Notes: a model not told the origin generated them from the letters alone. A DNA stretch of 64,000 bases from Leucoraja erinacea (GCF_028641065.1 NC_073416.1:7750001-7814000), one strand, 5' to 3'; shown: positions 13,501 to 28,500, counted from the stretch's first letter. Program-made: numbers and translations.

Positions 13501-16500
13501 GTAATTGTTATATGGTTATATGGTTATATGACAGGGGCAGGGGACATGGGGGTCGGAGGTAAAAGTGAAACTGTGTGAGTGTGGCAGTACATTAACCAAG
13601 TCTAATCTTCACAAGAAAGAGAACGAACAATTCATTCATGCAGCAACCCACGTCATCTTCCCGGCAGCTGCTGTGCAATATATCAAGTGCACAGGCAGGC
13701 AAGCTGTTGGAATGATTATATGTAAAGTTTACCTTGTTAAACTGAGACCAAGAAACCATCCTGTTTGTGAAGTCGTCCAAGATGTAACTCTGCTCATCAA
13801 ATATCTTCTGGGCCAGGAAAACAAAGTGCTCTTTACACAAGCCCCGAGTTGATTGGACTTCTGCCATGAATTTCATGTTGAGGGTCTCACACATTTGAGA
13901 CCATGACACTCTGTCTGGGACATGGAAGGGTAATCGTTCCTGCACAAAGAGGAAAAGCAACGATGGATTTTACACAGTGTTTAAGAAGGAACTGCAGATG
14001 CTGGAGAATCGAAGGTACACAAAAAAGCTGGATAAACTCAGCGGGTGCAGCAGCATCTATGGAACGAAGGAAATAGGCAACGTTTCGGGCCGAAACCCTT
14101 CGCTCCATAGATGCTGCTGCACCCGCTGAGTTTATCCAGCTTTTTTGTGTACGATGGATTTTACATCCTTATTGGTATTTGAAGCACAGCGGGACCATAT
14201 CCAAGCTGGCACACGGACACCAAATATCGAAGCAATGGCCAGGAAAACACATCAGCAACTCGACTTCTTTAGAAGGCACAGGAGGTTTGGCATGTCCCCA
14301 ACAACTCTTACCAACTTCTGCAGATGTGTCATAGAAAGCATGGTTCGGAAACAGCAAGAAATTGCAGAGTCGTGGACACAGCCCAGACCTTCATCCAATC
14401 CAACCTCCCTTCTATCGGCTCCATCTAAACTTCACGCTGCCTTGGCAAGGCCAGCAGCATAGTCAAGGACGAGTCTCACCCCCGGTCATTCTCTCTTCTC
14501 CCCTCTCCCATCGGGCAAGAGGTACAGAAGTGTGAAAAGGCACACCTCCAGATTCAGGGACAGTTTCTTCCCGGCTGCTATCAGGCAACTGAATCATCCT
14601 CTCACCAACTAAAGAGCAGTCCTGACCTCCCATCTACCTCATTGGAGACCGTCAGACTATCTTTAAACAGACTTTACTGTACTTGACTTGCACTAAACAT
14701 TATTCCCTTTATCCTATATCTGTACACAGTGAACGGCTTGATGGTAATCATGTACAGTCTTTTCACTGACACACAGCAAAATAGTTTTTCACTGTACCTC
14801 AGTACACGTAACAATAAGAAACCTCCAGACAGGATTATACTGGATTGCAATGTGCAATAGTGTAATGATGCATGACATTGAACCAGCAATACTATTAATG
14901 TCCCAGCTTTGAATGGGACAATGTTATCAGTGCGGTACTAAATGCCTCAGATTCCTTGGCTGCGGTCATGTAATAAAGCTTAGATTTTCTTTGGAATAAC
15001 TGAGTGGCATCTCTCATAATACTCCTAATAACTATTAAAAAGGAACTTAAAACTAAAACTAAAAACTAAAGTACTGCTGAAACCAAACTCCAATCATTCC
15101 CCTTGTGCAGAATCTCGAAATAAAAGCATTCCAAGTTAAAGTAACTTACAATCTCAGAGAATGCATTGTCCCACAAGATTGTTGCAGTAGCGTTGTTGTC
15201 CTGACTACCATGGACAATCACCACGATTGGCAGCGACAAGGCCTGCAACAAAAAGAATAAGAGTGTTTGCATCATCAATATTTCACTATTGAATGATAAA
15301 CAGGTTGATGAAGAAGTGATAAAGTTCATTAAAACAAGACTAGGAGTGTGGGAGATTGTGCGGGGACTGGGACTGGGATATTTTGCACCAATTGAGTCGA
15401 GGGGGGGGTGGGGTGGGGGGAGGAGATCCTTAGTTTAATGCAGAGGTGGGGAACCTGCGGCCTTCTAGGCCATTAGGTGCGGCCTTTTGAATGAATCCGA
15501 ATTTTGTAGAACAAGTCCTTTTATTTTATTTTTATTAATATGTTTTTGTTCGCCTTTTATTATGTTAATTTTAATCTTAAAATGAACGTATTTAAAATAT
15601 GTATTTAAAAGAGTAAAAGTAGATTCAACGAAATAATCCTCCCCGACTGACGGCCACAATTAAAACATTAGTAAGTCATGAGGGCTATTTTAACACCTGT
15701 TATGCTGATGATTTAGTTCTAATGCGACTCTAGAATGTACGTCAACCTCCCACAAAAGCAGTCCCAACAAGTCATTAAAAGGCTAGTTAACTTTAGAATT
15801 AACAATTTTTAAAAATGTTCCTGAAGTTAGTACATAGTAGTTAGATTTTTACTAAATAATGTACAGTTCGAAGTATATCTAATTGAAGTATCTTGGATGC
15901 GGCCTTATTAGTTTACAGCTAACTTAATGCAGCCTCCCAACATGAAAAGGTTCCCACCCCTGGTTTAATGTATCTTTTGAAAGATGGAACCATCTGCAGT
16001 GCAGGACCCTCTCAGTACTCCACAGACATGGTCCGCGGGATTGGCTGTACCATCACTGTTCTATGACTCCTCCATGGGTAAAGGGAACTAGTTAGATGGG
16101 ATATCCTGGACAGCATGGACGAGTTGGGCCAAAGAGCCTCTTTCCATGCGGTATGACTCAATCGCTGCATTTGCTGGGCACAACAGTGTGTGATGTTGAA
16201 TTACTGTTCAGATTAAATGGCGTTGCCGTTGGGACGGAGATCTTTATTGACACAAAACAGTGTTAACAGTCCACAGACAGTCTTCAAATTTCAGTTGGGT
16301 TTAGAGGAGGGAAACAAAAACTATCCAGTTTGACACCAAAGCAAACGGTGTCACAGTAACATACGTAAGTAACTATAAAGCAGTTAGGCCAGTATTTTCA
16401 CAGTCTCAAGGTTGATCAGTTTATATGCTGGTTTATAAGAGTGCCTACAAGGACATTAAAATACCAAGAAGCTATTTAAAGATTGCCTATGTTAAAAATG

Positions 16501-19500
16501 TCTTTGAAAAGCCTTTTGATCAATTGTAAACTGGTATTGATAACAAAGGTTCAGATACCTGAACATGGAATTTCATTTCACTGCCTGCGATGCAGAGCTC
16601 TGAAGAAAACAGGACGGCAAACTTTTCTTCAGTCACTGACTCAGTTCCTCTGCGGTCTGAGCGCTTTATTTTCTTTAAGGACTTGAATTTGTGGGAGAAA
16701 CAAAAGAGTTAAGTCTATGCTTTCAATCAAGAAACTGTCAAATAGCAAAGCACATTCGTGACTAGAAAGATAAACAGAGATAGCGCAACCATTTTAGAAC
16801 TTCAAAGCCGAGGTGATTTACAACGTTTGACTTTTGTCTCAAGGATATCACATCCTCACAATCACAATCACACTTTATTAGCCAAGTATGTTTTGCAACA
16901 TACAAGGAATTTCATTTGCCAAGTCAGTCATACAAATAAAAAGCAACAGAACACACAAAACACATTTTAACATAAACATCCACCACAGTGACTCCTCCAC
17001 ATTCCTCACTGTGATGGAAGGCAAAAAGGTAAATATTCTCCATTTTAACTATTTTTTAAAATTCTGGCAGGTTTCCTTTCTTCAAGGAAGGACACTTGTA
17101 AACCATTTTGGTTTTTATACCAATTCAACACCCTCTGGTTACTTTTACCATTTAATTCCACTTAATGTAAATTCTCAAACGACAGTTTGAACTTGTATTC
17201 TCTGTATTACTATTCTAGGCTCCTAAATTACTATTCAAATAACATAAGTACCACACTACACATAATTATAGCCACAGTAGAGTCATTGAGGTGAGTTTAA
17301 TTGAGCAGCAGGGACTTCCACACATACATAAGCATTCAGCTCTCTTCGGGATTACAATATTTGTCTTTTAACGTAATACCTACCATATTCCTGAAGCTGG
17401 CACTGGTGGTTTTTGTGGCATTACTAAATTCCAACAAACTGCTACTGTTCGTGATCTCGCCTGTGTTTTCACTGGAGTAAAAGATACGATGATTTCAGGT
17501 TTAAGACAAACTATTTCAATCCTATTATTGAAGCTATTAAATCCAGATTTTACCCAGAGGATACAACTTAAAATACCACAAAGCACAAAGAGTAGTAACC
17601 TACTCAATCTATTAAAAAAACCCACATGAATGGTTCTTGGACTGGTCTGTGCAAAACCTATTTGGGATTAGCTATGGGCTGATAGGTAGACAAAGTGTCG
17701 CACTGTAACATCAAATAACCTGCCAGCAATCTCTATTTTTTGGTTCACACCTGAATAATATTAATGCTCTCTTGGGTCAGATGGTGCAGCGATAGCTGGC
17801 ATCTGCAGAACGGGTTTGACTCAACAATCTAATCCATTGTTGGAGGATAAGGGGGAAATCTTTTAGGACCGAGATGAGAAAAACATTTTTCACACAGAGA
17901 GTGGTGAATCTCTGGAATTCTCTGCCACAGAAGGTAGTTGAGGCCACAGTTCATTGTCTATATTTAAGAGGGAGTTAGATGTGGCCCTTGTGGCTAAAGG
18001 GATCAGGGGGTATGGAGAGAAGGCAGGGACGGATACTGAGTTGGATGATCAGCCATGATCACATTGAATGGCGGTGCAGGCTCGAAGGGCCGAATGGCCT
18101 CTACTCCTGCACCTATTGTCTATGTTTCTATTGTTATATTCCACTTTTATTCAGCCATTATTCTGATGACATTTGAGAAACGTGAAAACAGATGTGGCAT
18201 TTCGGAAATGTTTGCGTCTGTCTCTGTTTTGCGTGGAGTACTTGACGTCAAGATGTGCTGCTCTATTATAATCTCCAATTATATCAAGCGTTTGTATATT
18301 CTCACCATCCGTAGAGAACACACACACTCTTTTCCCCCCCACAGATGGTTAAACGAGAAATAAGGGGCATAGGTTTAAAGAGAGGGGCAAGATGTACTAG
18401 GAACTGGAAGGGTAATTCCCCCCCCCCGCTCTGTGAGGGTGGTACATATATGGACTGAGCTACTAGAGGAAGTATTTGAGGCAGGTACACACTTAGTCAA
18501 GTACATGGACAGGAAAGCCAATCTGCAAATGATCATGAGGCAAGGACGTAGACAACAATGCTGGAGAAACTCAGCGGGTGAGGCAGCATCTATGGAGCGA
18601 AGGAATAGGTGACGTTTCGGGTCGAGACCCTTCTGGAAACTCAGCGGGTGAGGCAGCATCTATGGAGCGAAGGAATAGGTGACGTTTCGGGTCGAGACCC
18701 TTCTGGAAACTCAGCGGGTGAGGCAGCATCTATGGAGCGAAGGAATAGGTGACGTCACCTTATTCCTTCGCTCCATAGATGCTGCCTCACCCGCTGAGTT
18801 TCACCTGCATTTTTGTCTACCTTCGATTTTTTTCAGCATCTTTCTTAAACACGAGGTGAGAATAGGAGAGTTGAGATCCCATGGTGGTTCTGCCGCTGCA
18901 GGAAGTTCGAGAGACAGTCACGGGGAATTGAAAACTCGAGGATGCGAATGTGCAAACGATTTTTCCAGCCCTGCACTGTTGGATTTTTCTTACCTCTGCA
19001 TATTCTCATGCTGTCTCATAACTCTGGCCTGTTGCTCTGTAATAATGATGGCTTTCACAATGGGAGGTTTTGTTTGTGCATTCAGCTTCACGCCAAACAG
19101 AAATCGAACAGTCGAGGAGAACTTGCTTTGGGTCTTTAGCACCTGTGGGGGCTGTTTTTCCACAAGGAATGCACTGTAGAAACATGGAACAAAATGTGTG
19201 TTAACTAGTGGTTTTGACAGCTTTTTCCCCCAAACCAACTTTAGAAATCACATTCATAATTTCTTTGCTTCAACTAATTCGCACACCCTGGCTTTAGGTA
19301 ATGTCTGACCACAGCTAAGCTCAATTTTCTCCTTGGTCTCTATGGGGAGTTACATTTTCCCCAACTCGATGCCAAAATCAAGAGCAGAGAAGAGTGGAAG
19401 TGAGCTATCTCCCCCCTCCCCCCCCACCCTCCTTTCTGCCGTTGTTGCATGCAGGTGCCAAAGCATTCATCCTGGAAAATATAGCAACTTCTACTAACAT

Positions 19501-22500
19501 TAGTATGATCAGAAATGGCAAGCTATATCTGTTTTTACTTTATTATTTTTGCCTCATCCAATGTTACTAACGCACACAAGAGATACAAACATGCCGATAC
19601 ACGTGTAGACTAACCGGCAGAAGCAATTTAGCGGCCACAGTTTCAAACCTTGCCATTTTCTCCTGACATTCAGACTTGGTGAATTTCAACGTTCAAACCC
19701 ATGAGGCAAAATTCTGCTTCACTCCTCGATTCACACGTTCTCAGTGGAGGTAACTTGTATGGTTTAAATAAGTTGTGATTTGCGCAAAGAGAACTCGGTG
19801 GCTGCTGTGTGCACTTGCCGGATTGCAGCGGGAGTGGCGAAGAGGAGTTACTTGTGGCACAGCATAGTTTTGGGTGCATTATCTCGAAATTAAGTTGATC
19901 ATAAATCCTATGCCACACGTCGGGCTTACTTTACACCAGAACACGTTCAGAAAATCATGTTGTTTGCGCTTGCAGCTTGAGATTGATTTTGGATACGAGT
20001 GTATTTGGTTGGCAACCTCCGTTTGCTAGTATAATCAAGTGGTAATAAAGGAGTTACCTTCTAACCAAGTTACTGAGTAAGGAGGAGAGCTTCTCGGGCA
20101 CTCCTGATATCTGGTCAACAGCAACATCTTCCTGTGTGCTAATCAGCGCAAGTTCTTTCTGAATCTGACAGTTCATTTCCGCAAGTTTATCACACCTGGA
20201 ATAAGAGCAGACTTTAACATCGACACTTAACCCTAATTCAAAAGAACACACCAAGAATTTGGTCAACCAGAACTCTAGAAAGCTCAGACTATTCACTATA
20301 AGACCCAAACTGCAATTACAATGGATGGTGACATTCTAAAATGTTCTGCGCAAGTCTCCTTATTGTATACTGTAACTCAATGCGATTGTATTGTGGGTGT
20401 ACCTACACTAGAAGGAATGCCATGGGTCAAGGTGTGGCTCTTATGGGAAATTAAGGAGAGGCAAGAAGGCTGGCCTTCCCAGCAATATCCACTGACTGAG
20501 AATCAACAATACCAAGAAATAAATGGCTGTAACTAACTGGCATCTTGACACCGGAGTGAAGTGCCAGCAACGTGAGCAATTTAAAGAACAGGACCTAAAA
20601 TGATTGGAGGTAGGAACAACACACTAAGGGCCCTAATACCCTCAAGTAAGCGTGTGGCCATTTATTCACAATGCTTCCAATCTCCGCTCATATATAGACC
20701 TGACAACTTAGTCCCCTTACACTGATTCTGAGCACTAGTCAATTGCTAGTGCTGGACTAACTCAGCAGGTCAGCCAGCATCTCTGGAGAACATGGAGAGG
20801 CAATGTTTTGAGTTGCCATCATTCTTTAGACTGACTGTCTGAAGAAGGGACCCGACCCAAAATGTTACCTCTCCACGTTCTCCAGAGGTGCTGGCTGACC
20901 TGCTGAGTTACTCCAGCACTCTGTGTCTTTTTGTGTATAAACCAGCATCTGCAGGCTATTTCCTACTAGTCGAAGGCAGATACTCAAGCCTGCCCCACCT
21001 TTCAGCTGATCTCAACTGGTCAGCCCAGTTCATCCACCTCCTCTTCTGTACTTAAATGTCAAACCTTTTGAAAATGTGTATGCCTCTAGCTCGTGATTAA
21101 TTTGTTGAAGTGGTATACCATTGACTGTAGCTCATTACAGCCAAGGCAATGGTTAGTGCATTAAAATTGATTTCCGTCTCCTTGGGCAGGGGGCGGGGGG
21201 GGGATTCTCTCACTTTGGATTCCAAGGTGACCTAGTGCTTGTAAATTCACAAACCACAGTAACAAACAGAAAATACAATGGTCTAAATATACCAATGTGC
21301 CCAGCAAATCAGATCTGGAAGAAATGCTCCTGGCTCAGTATCATTTGTAGCCTCCAGTACCAGTGCCCCACTTCACAGAGTTGCCTGCATGTAGCATCAG
21401 TAGGTCACCTGTAGCATTAGACTTGCCTGACAACAATATCACAACTCCAGCATTCATTTGCTATTTTCCTTTCTCTGGTTCTCATTGAGTGAGTGGTGTT
21501 TGAACAATCAACCCTATTCCAGTGCCGTATTGCCTATATTCCATGCTGGGACACCCTCAAGTAGAGCAATTGTTCCTTGTTTCAAGCCGATTGCTCAAGC
21601 TCTGACTGGTAATGGTAAGAGGGAGGGCAGCAGAGCGGCAAATGTCACCAGCAACAGGTCGGAGGAACAAATTGACTGAAGGAAGCTAATCGAAGGTGAC
21701 AACAACACTGATGTTGACCAGCTCAAAGGTGGGGAGTCTGAAAGAAATCAGTGGAACAGAAGCAAATGCTATGTGCAAGACTGCCCCACATTCAATTTCT
21801 TATCTTAAAAGCGAATTGCAATGCAGTTAAATGCTTGCAATCTAAAAGATCAAAAACTCAACAATGCAAGATATTCCATGAGCATTGACATTTTATTTTG
21901 GGTGTTAACCTTTCTACCTGTTTTGCAATCACAGTGACATCTTCAGCTAACTTCCCCCCCCACACAAAATATAAAATGAATAACTAACCGGTCATTCAAC
22001 AGAAAGGTGATTAGTTTGTATATGCATCATATCACTGGATAGGTGGTTACAAGATTATAATAATTGATATATTAGGTTTTAATTTCAGATCTTTATTTAA
22101 CAAACTAAGTATAAATTGCGCAGAAGTAATGGTGGAATTTTAAACTCGTGGCTCTGGGTAACTGGTTCAGGCTTCTGGATTACTAGGCCAGGAATATAAA
22201 CACTCTCCCAATCTGAAGTTTAGCGCCTACGTGCCAATTTATTGGTAAATGACTGCACGGCAAATGGACTGAATCTCATTCCTCACCATTCCTGAAGTGA
22301 CCCCAGGTTGTCCTCAAAGTAGGCACCATTTCCTGACAGCTGAAGTCGTCGCTTCCAGTTGAGAATCATATTCAGCACCAGGCCCTGGACCTGCTCCAGA
22401 GATCTCACCGCTTCCAAGATGCTGTAATTTCTCTTCTGTTAAAAAGCCATTCAAAAACCCAAAAGATGCATTGTTAGCCTTAAAGCAGGTTTACCCTGCT

Positions 22501-25500
22501 GACTGGATCCAAGGTAGCAACATAATTCAATATCCACTTGCCCCAATACACTTTGTACTTAATCCCATCAGAAGCACAGCACAAGAGAGACCAGTTTACC
22601 AATTTGGGCACAGATCAGAGCGTCATTGTGCATGTCACAAGTACAGTTTAGTAAATGCAATACGTCTTCAGGTTGTTGATACATGTTTGGGTGGTGCTTA
22701 TACACCAGGCATTATGGCTATTGGAGAATTGCAAAGCAAAGCTAAAATAAGAAAACAGACCAAGTCATGGATACGATCATTTGGGGAGCACAGTCTATGA
22801 TGCTACAAATTAGTTTGAGATTTCCTTCTATATACAAACTCTACTCTGTTTGTGTGGCTCCCCCTTTACAGTAAGCCTAGCTGACTAAATAATTTGTCCC
22901 TCGTTTAATCCCCAATGTCTTCCACCTGTGAACATTTATATAGTAAACATTTCTATTCATTTTCTGTACAATTTTGTAAAAATGTCCATATCATTGTAAG
23001 GAAGGAATATTGAATTATAACCTCAGACTTCAGAGTTTTGGCAATCCAAAATACTGCCCCGTCAACATTGCTCTAAACGTCTGATGCCCAAGCACACTCA
23101 GTTCAAAACAGAAATCTAATAGTCCCTTCCTGCAGTCCTCACCTAAACAAAGAATGCAGCTGGTAAACCTCAACTTGCCATGCACTGCTCTCAGAGTAAT
23201 ATAGAATATTGAGCCTTGTTGATTGAGGTGTAACCAAGTGTGTAATATATATTAATGTGCAATCACTACTGAATATCCTCTTTGGCCCTGAAGGACTAAT
23301 TTTGTGTGTACGGAATCCATTTCCCTCAAAATCATTATTTTAAAATCCCATGGATTTTGTAACTATAGGAATAAAAATGTATTATTATTTTAGGTCATTC
23401 TGCTTGTACCTTAATCTATACAGTGCCCTCCATAATGTTTGGGACAAAGACCCATCATTTATTTATTTGCCTGTACTCCACAATTTGAGATTTGTAGTAG
23501 AAAAAAAAAATCACATGTGGTTAAAAATCACATTGTCAGATTTTAATAAAGGCCATTTTTACACATTTTGGTTTCACCGTGTAGAAATGACATCATCGGT
23601 GTTGCATTGCTCAGATCCCCAGTAAAAGATGCCTTGTCGCAAATGATGTCAGGAAAAATGAAATTCACACCACAGAACAGTCACAAATGCTGCCCCCATG
23701 CCACTGACTGGGAAATCAAGGCCATTTATGTAGTTGCGTGTCTTGTTGCTTTTTTGGTATGACAAATCAAATTACTTGTGTGTTTTTCCATACTTGGCTA
23801 CTAAATTATTTACAATGAATCACAATTAACTCCGAGTCTCCAGTGTAATAAAGTTAATCGCCCTTTTCCCTCTCGGTCAATCTACAATCATGAATTGCTT
23901 TTTAGTTGTAATATTAGACAATTACTTTATGATCTGATCTTTTGGTCTCCTTTCTAACCACTTCACTGATGTTTTGAAATGCCAGTCCCTCATTTGAAAC
24001 GTAGCTAAACTGAAAAGCCCTTATTGGATTCTACACTGAGCAATTTCTCGATTGAAATTTCATCCTCAAAACATTTATGAAAGTAAGTTGCATCCTCTTC
24101 CTCGACAGTATCCAAATTTATTCTCCCAAACATTCAGTCCAGGATAAGATACAGTGCTGAATCACACCCACATATTACCCTTGCTTCTGGGAGATCCTTA
24201 CACATTTCAAAAATCTCATCCTTAAGGACACTTCCCACAGACTCATCTCTTCCTACCTTTGTAAACAGCCACTTGTCCAGCTGGGTACACTGTGAGACAA
24301 TGTGTGCCATTGACAAAATGCCCTATAGTTATTCTCTTCAGTTATTCTACTATACAGAACCTTCCAGGTAGCAACCTCTACGAAAAAGGGCAAAGGCAGC
24401 AAATGCTTGGGAATGCCATTCTCAGCAGGTTCCTCCTTTATAGGGTGGCACAGCGGTAGAGTTGCTGCCTCACAGCGCCAGAGACCTGGGTTTGATCCTG
24501 ACTACGGGTGCTGTCTGTACGGAGTTTGTACGTTCTCCCCGTGACCTGCGTGGGTTTTCTCCAAGACCTTCGGTTTCCTCCCACACTCCAAAGACGTACA
24601 GATTTGTAGGTTAATTGGCTTGGTGTATGTATAAATTGTCCCTAGTGCGTGTAGAATAGTGTTAGTGTGCGGGGATCGCTGGTCGGCATGGACTCGGTGG
24701 GCCGAAGGGCCTGTTTCCGCGCTGTATCTCTGAACTAAACTAAGTCACACATTATCCTGACTTAGAAATGTCTCACTGTTCCCTCATTGTTGCCTTCCTC
24801 CAATACACAGTGGGAGCACCTTCTTCGACTTCTCTTGGGGCCGAGGATGCCTCGTTTCCCCACTGGTTCTGTGGATTCGAGTTGGTCCACAAGTCCTACA
24901 TGATACCCACAGGTGGGGCAGGTGATGATGGACAGGGCAGGGGAGGGAGAATTGTCACCAGAAGGAAATCTAAATTGGTAGCTTTTTCTATCTTCTCAAG
25001 GGAATTAGTGTGAAATAATAAAACCTGGTAATGGCAACCTCCTTAAAATCAAATAAATAAAATAACTGCAATATTATGTCCCTCCGACACTTTTGGTCCT
25101 TTTACCTCTAGTCTTCCATATCCTTCCATGAGCAAACTCTTAAGACATTACATACTGCAGCCTGGAATTATCTCCCCGACCCCCTCCATTTCACTATAAT
25201 CTCAATCTACAAAATCAAAACATCTCTTTTTCACTCTGACTTCCCCTATTCTATTCCTGAATCCAGCTTAGTGCTTGCTGATTCTTCCGTTACCGCCTTG
25301 GCACATTGTGTTGCATTTGGTGCTGTATAAAAGCAAGTTAATGTCTGCTGTACATTATTACTGTGTTGTAAGTAAAGAGGTTGTTTAGTCAATTCAGTTT
25401 AAAACCAGTGTTTTAATATCCTCTTGTGAATTGAGCTGCAATTTAAAGAAAATGGTAATAAGATGGAGGGGNNNNNNNNNNNNNNNNNNNNNNNNNNNNN

Positions 25501-28500
25501 NNNNNNNNNNNNNNNNNNNNNNNNNNNNNNNNNNNNNNNNNNNNNNNNNNNNNNNNNNNNNNNNNNNNNNNNNNNNNNNNNNNNNNNNNNNNNNNNNNNN
25601 NNNNNNNNNNNNNNNNNNNNNNNNNNNNNNNNNNNNNNNNNNNNNNNNNNNNNNNNNNNNNNNNNNNNNNNNNNNNNNNNNNNNNNNNNNNNNNNNNNNN
25701 NNNNNNNNNNNNNNNNNNNNNNNNNNNNNNNNNNNNNNNNNNNNNNNNNNNNNNNNNNNNNNNNNNNNNNNNNNNNNNNNNNNNNNNNNNNNNNNNNNNN
25801 NNNNNNNNNNNNNNNNNNNNNNNNNNNNNNNNNNNNNNNNNNNNNNNNNNNNNNNNNNNNNNNNNNNNNNNNNNNNNNNNNNNNNNNNNNNNNNNNNNNN
25901 NNNNNNNNNNTTTTTACATTAGAAAGCTGGTTTATGACTGGTAGATGATAAGGAAGCCATTATATTTAAAGAATAGAAAAAAGATAAACATCTTTCAAGA
26001 ATAACTGTTACATTATTAAAGATGAAAGATGCAGTTTAAAAAATCTAAATCAATATTAGATCAAAGATAGTGAGCAGAGGTGGCCAGTTACCTGTGCAAT
26101 GCTAGACTGTACATACATGTAAAGGCAGGTGCCCAACAAGGGTGGGCAGATCCAAAGTCATTTCATGGATCAACCAAGCACTAATGCTGCAGCGTTCATT
26201 TGCGCTTGTTGTGACTGGCGTGGGTGAAAAGGCAGCCATCACTGAAAGCTTTTCCCTGAAGACACCTCTCTAACAAAACTTGTGTTGGTATAAACTTCAC
26301 AAAGGAATACTCTTACTTTGTGATCACAAATTCACAGAACAGCTCTCAAAATCATTTCCTCCATTCAACACACAACTTCTCTTTCTCAAATGCTTGTGAG
26401 GGTGTAAATCGTTAATTCAAGCACTGTAACTTCTCAATTTATTGGCAAAAGCATCACATAGATTTTTTAAAATGATAGCTCCATCAATCTTCTATTAGCA
26501 CATGCTGTTCCTCTTCAAAACAAAGTAACTAGCTGTAGGCCTGGCAAAATTGGCCTCTTGACTTTCCAAAGACATAAAAAAAGCTTTTGGCAGATCAGGT
26601 TCCGGAGAAGTTTTGAGTATTTATTGAAGTTGACACCGAGGCAAAGGGAATACTTGCATGCTTTATTGGTGCTTAATGTCTTTCAAAAATTCAAGATGCT
26701 TCACATTTAATATATTGCTTTGAAGTGCAGTTATTGTTATTAAAGCAAATGCAGCAGCCATTTTGCGCAGAGCGGGATTCATTTCTAGAATGACTCATGA
26801 ATCCGATTGTGGAAAGAAGGTTGACCCAGGACACCAGAAGAACTGCTCATAACTACAAATAGAAAAGAGCCTTAAACTTTCATCTGAAGAATAACTAGCA
26901 GCATCCCCCCCCCCCCACCCCCCCCCCCCCCGTTATCAGCCCACGATTGTGAACTCGACTCCTTGTACAAAAACCTTCAGAGTCAGAAGAGTGAGCTGTC
27001 AATTGAGCCAAGTCAAACACATTGATTCGGGATGAAGTTACAGATTATAACTGGTATCTTGGTCATACAGTTTTGGGATGTTTCATCTTCAGTGGAAGTC
27101 CGTTGTAATCCATTTGCAAAGATGTGCACAGCTCCTTTCAAGCAGAGTAATGCAACAAATTTGGTCCACAGTTGTGCCAAATAATCCTCAACCTGAGGCA
27201 TTGCATATCAGCTTCAGTCCAACAGCTGAAGCCATCTACCTCATTGGAGACCTTCAAACTATCTTCAATTGGACTTTACCTTGCAGTAAATCCTTTATCC
27301 TGTATACTGTGGACGGCTTGATTGTAATCTTTCCACTGTACCTCATACCATCATCAGTAATGAACTAAACTACACTAAAGCCAATGTTATAAGCTGAATG
27401 TTCTGGGTTATGTCCGACTATACATCCAGCATGCCGAGTTTCATTAAAAATTGAGGCTTATTGCGAGTAACACTGTGGATCTTGTAGCAGATAAAGTTAT
27501 TTAATGTCATTTTTGTTCCCATTTATTAAGGCATTTCTATTCAGTTAAATCGTAGCATTTCCAGAAAACAAACATCTGATATGTGACAATTTTAGAAGGC
27601 TTCAGAGGAAATGTTTGCAAATTCTAGGACATTTGAATACAGTACCTCTGAACACAAGACGGTTACACAGTTGTTCATGGATATGCCCAACAGGTACCAC
27701 CGAATTTAAGGCCTGTTGCACAATAAAGGCAGTCTTACTGGAGGTAAGCGCATGGTAGTGAAGAGATAAAAGGAGCACAGTTTCAATGGGTTAACTTGGA
27801 TCAAACTCCAACATAACACATCAGATAATGAAAGAATGGAACAGGTGAACCATGTACAACCACAGACTTTGTACAACACCTAATCCCTGCAGATCCATAA
27901 TAGTCCAGCTGGGTGTTGATCCATAGCCTTGACCATTGATCTAGTGACACAGGATACAAAGCAGGACAAATTCACCGTGGCTAATTACCACGTCAGTGGT
28001 CTAATCTAAATAAGTGGAAAGATGGAAAATGTCCTCAAACAGCAAAAAACAAAAACTTCTCACTCATGCTTATTTTGAGTTTTTACAAGTCCATGCCTTT
28101 TCAGCCTTGATCCAAGCATGAAGAAGAGAGCTGAATTCCAAAAGGACAGTGAGAAGCAAGTGGCTGCCCTTGACATCAGTGGAACACAAGACATTCCCTT
28201 CCATTTTTATCAGGGCGCCTTAATGAAAAGATAAAGGGAGCACAGTTTCAATGGGTTAAATTGGATCAAACTCCAACATAACACATATAACATAACGCAT
28301 ATAGTGGGAATTCTCTTACTTGCTGGAGTCAAACCATGCACCAAGGGAGATGGTTGTGATCATTGATGTTAATCTTCACAGCTCCCAAGAATTCCTCCAA
28401 GCACCGTTTTTGACCCAACCAAATTCAAATAGTTTCTTCAATGACCTTCCTTCCAAGGTCAGAAGTGGAGACATTTCCTGACGACTGTAGGATTTGCAAC

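Noticed and set aside
20838-20866. Additional functional hammerheads (also ~33504, 36725, 40814, 45435, 48190)
   Set aside because: Core boxes are mutated or deleted (GAAA>AAAA, loss of GA, altered triplet); counted as decayed copies only.
24443-24520. tRNA gene-like A/B boxes (also at 49222, 43590, 32912)
   Set aside because: They are SINE heads continuing into a shared SINE body and tail, not complete cloverleafs.
25431-25948. Two ~160-aa ORFs
   Set aside because: They are translations of the N gap.
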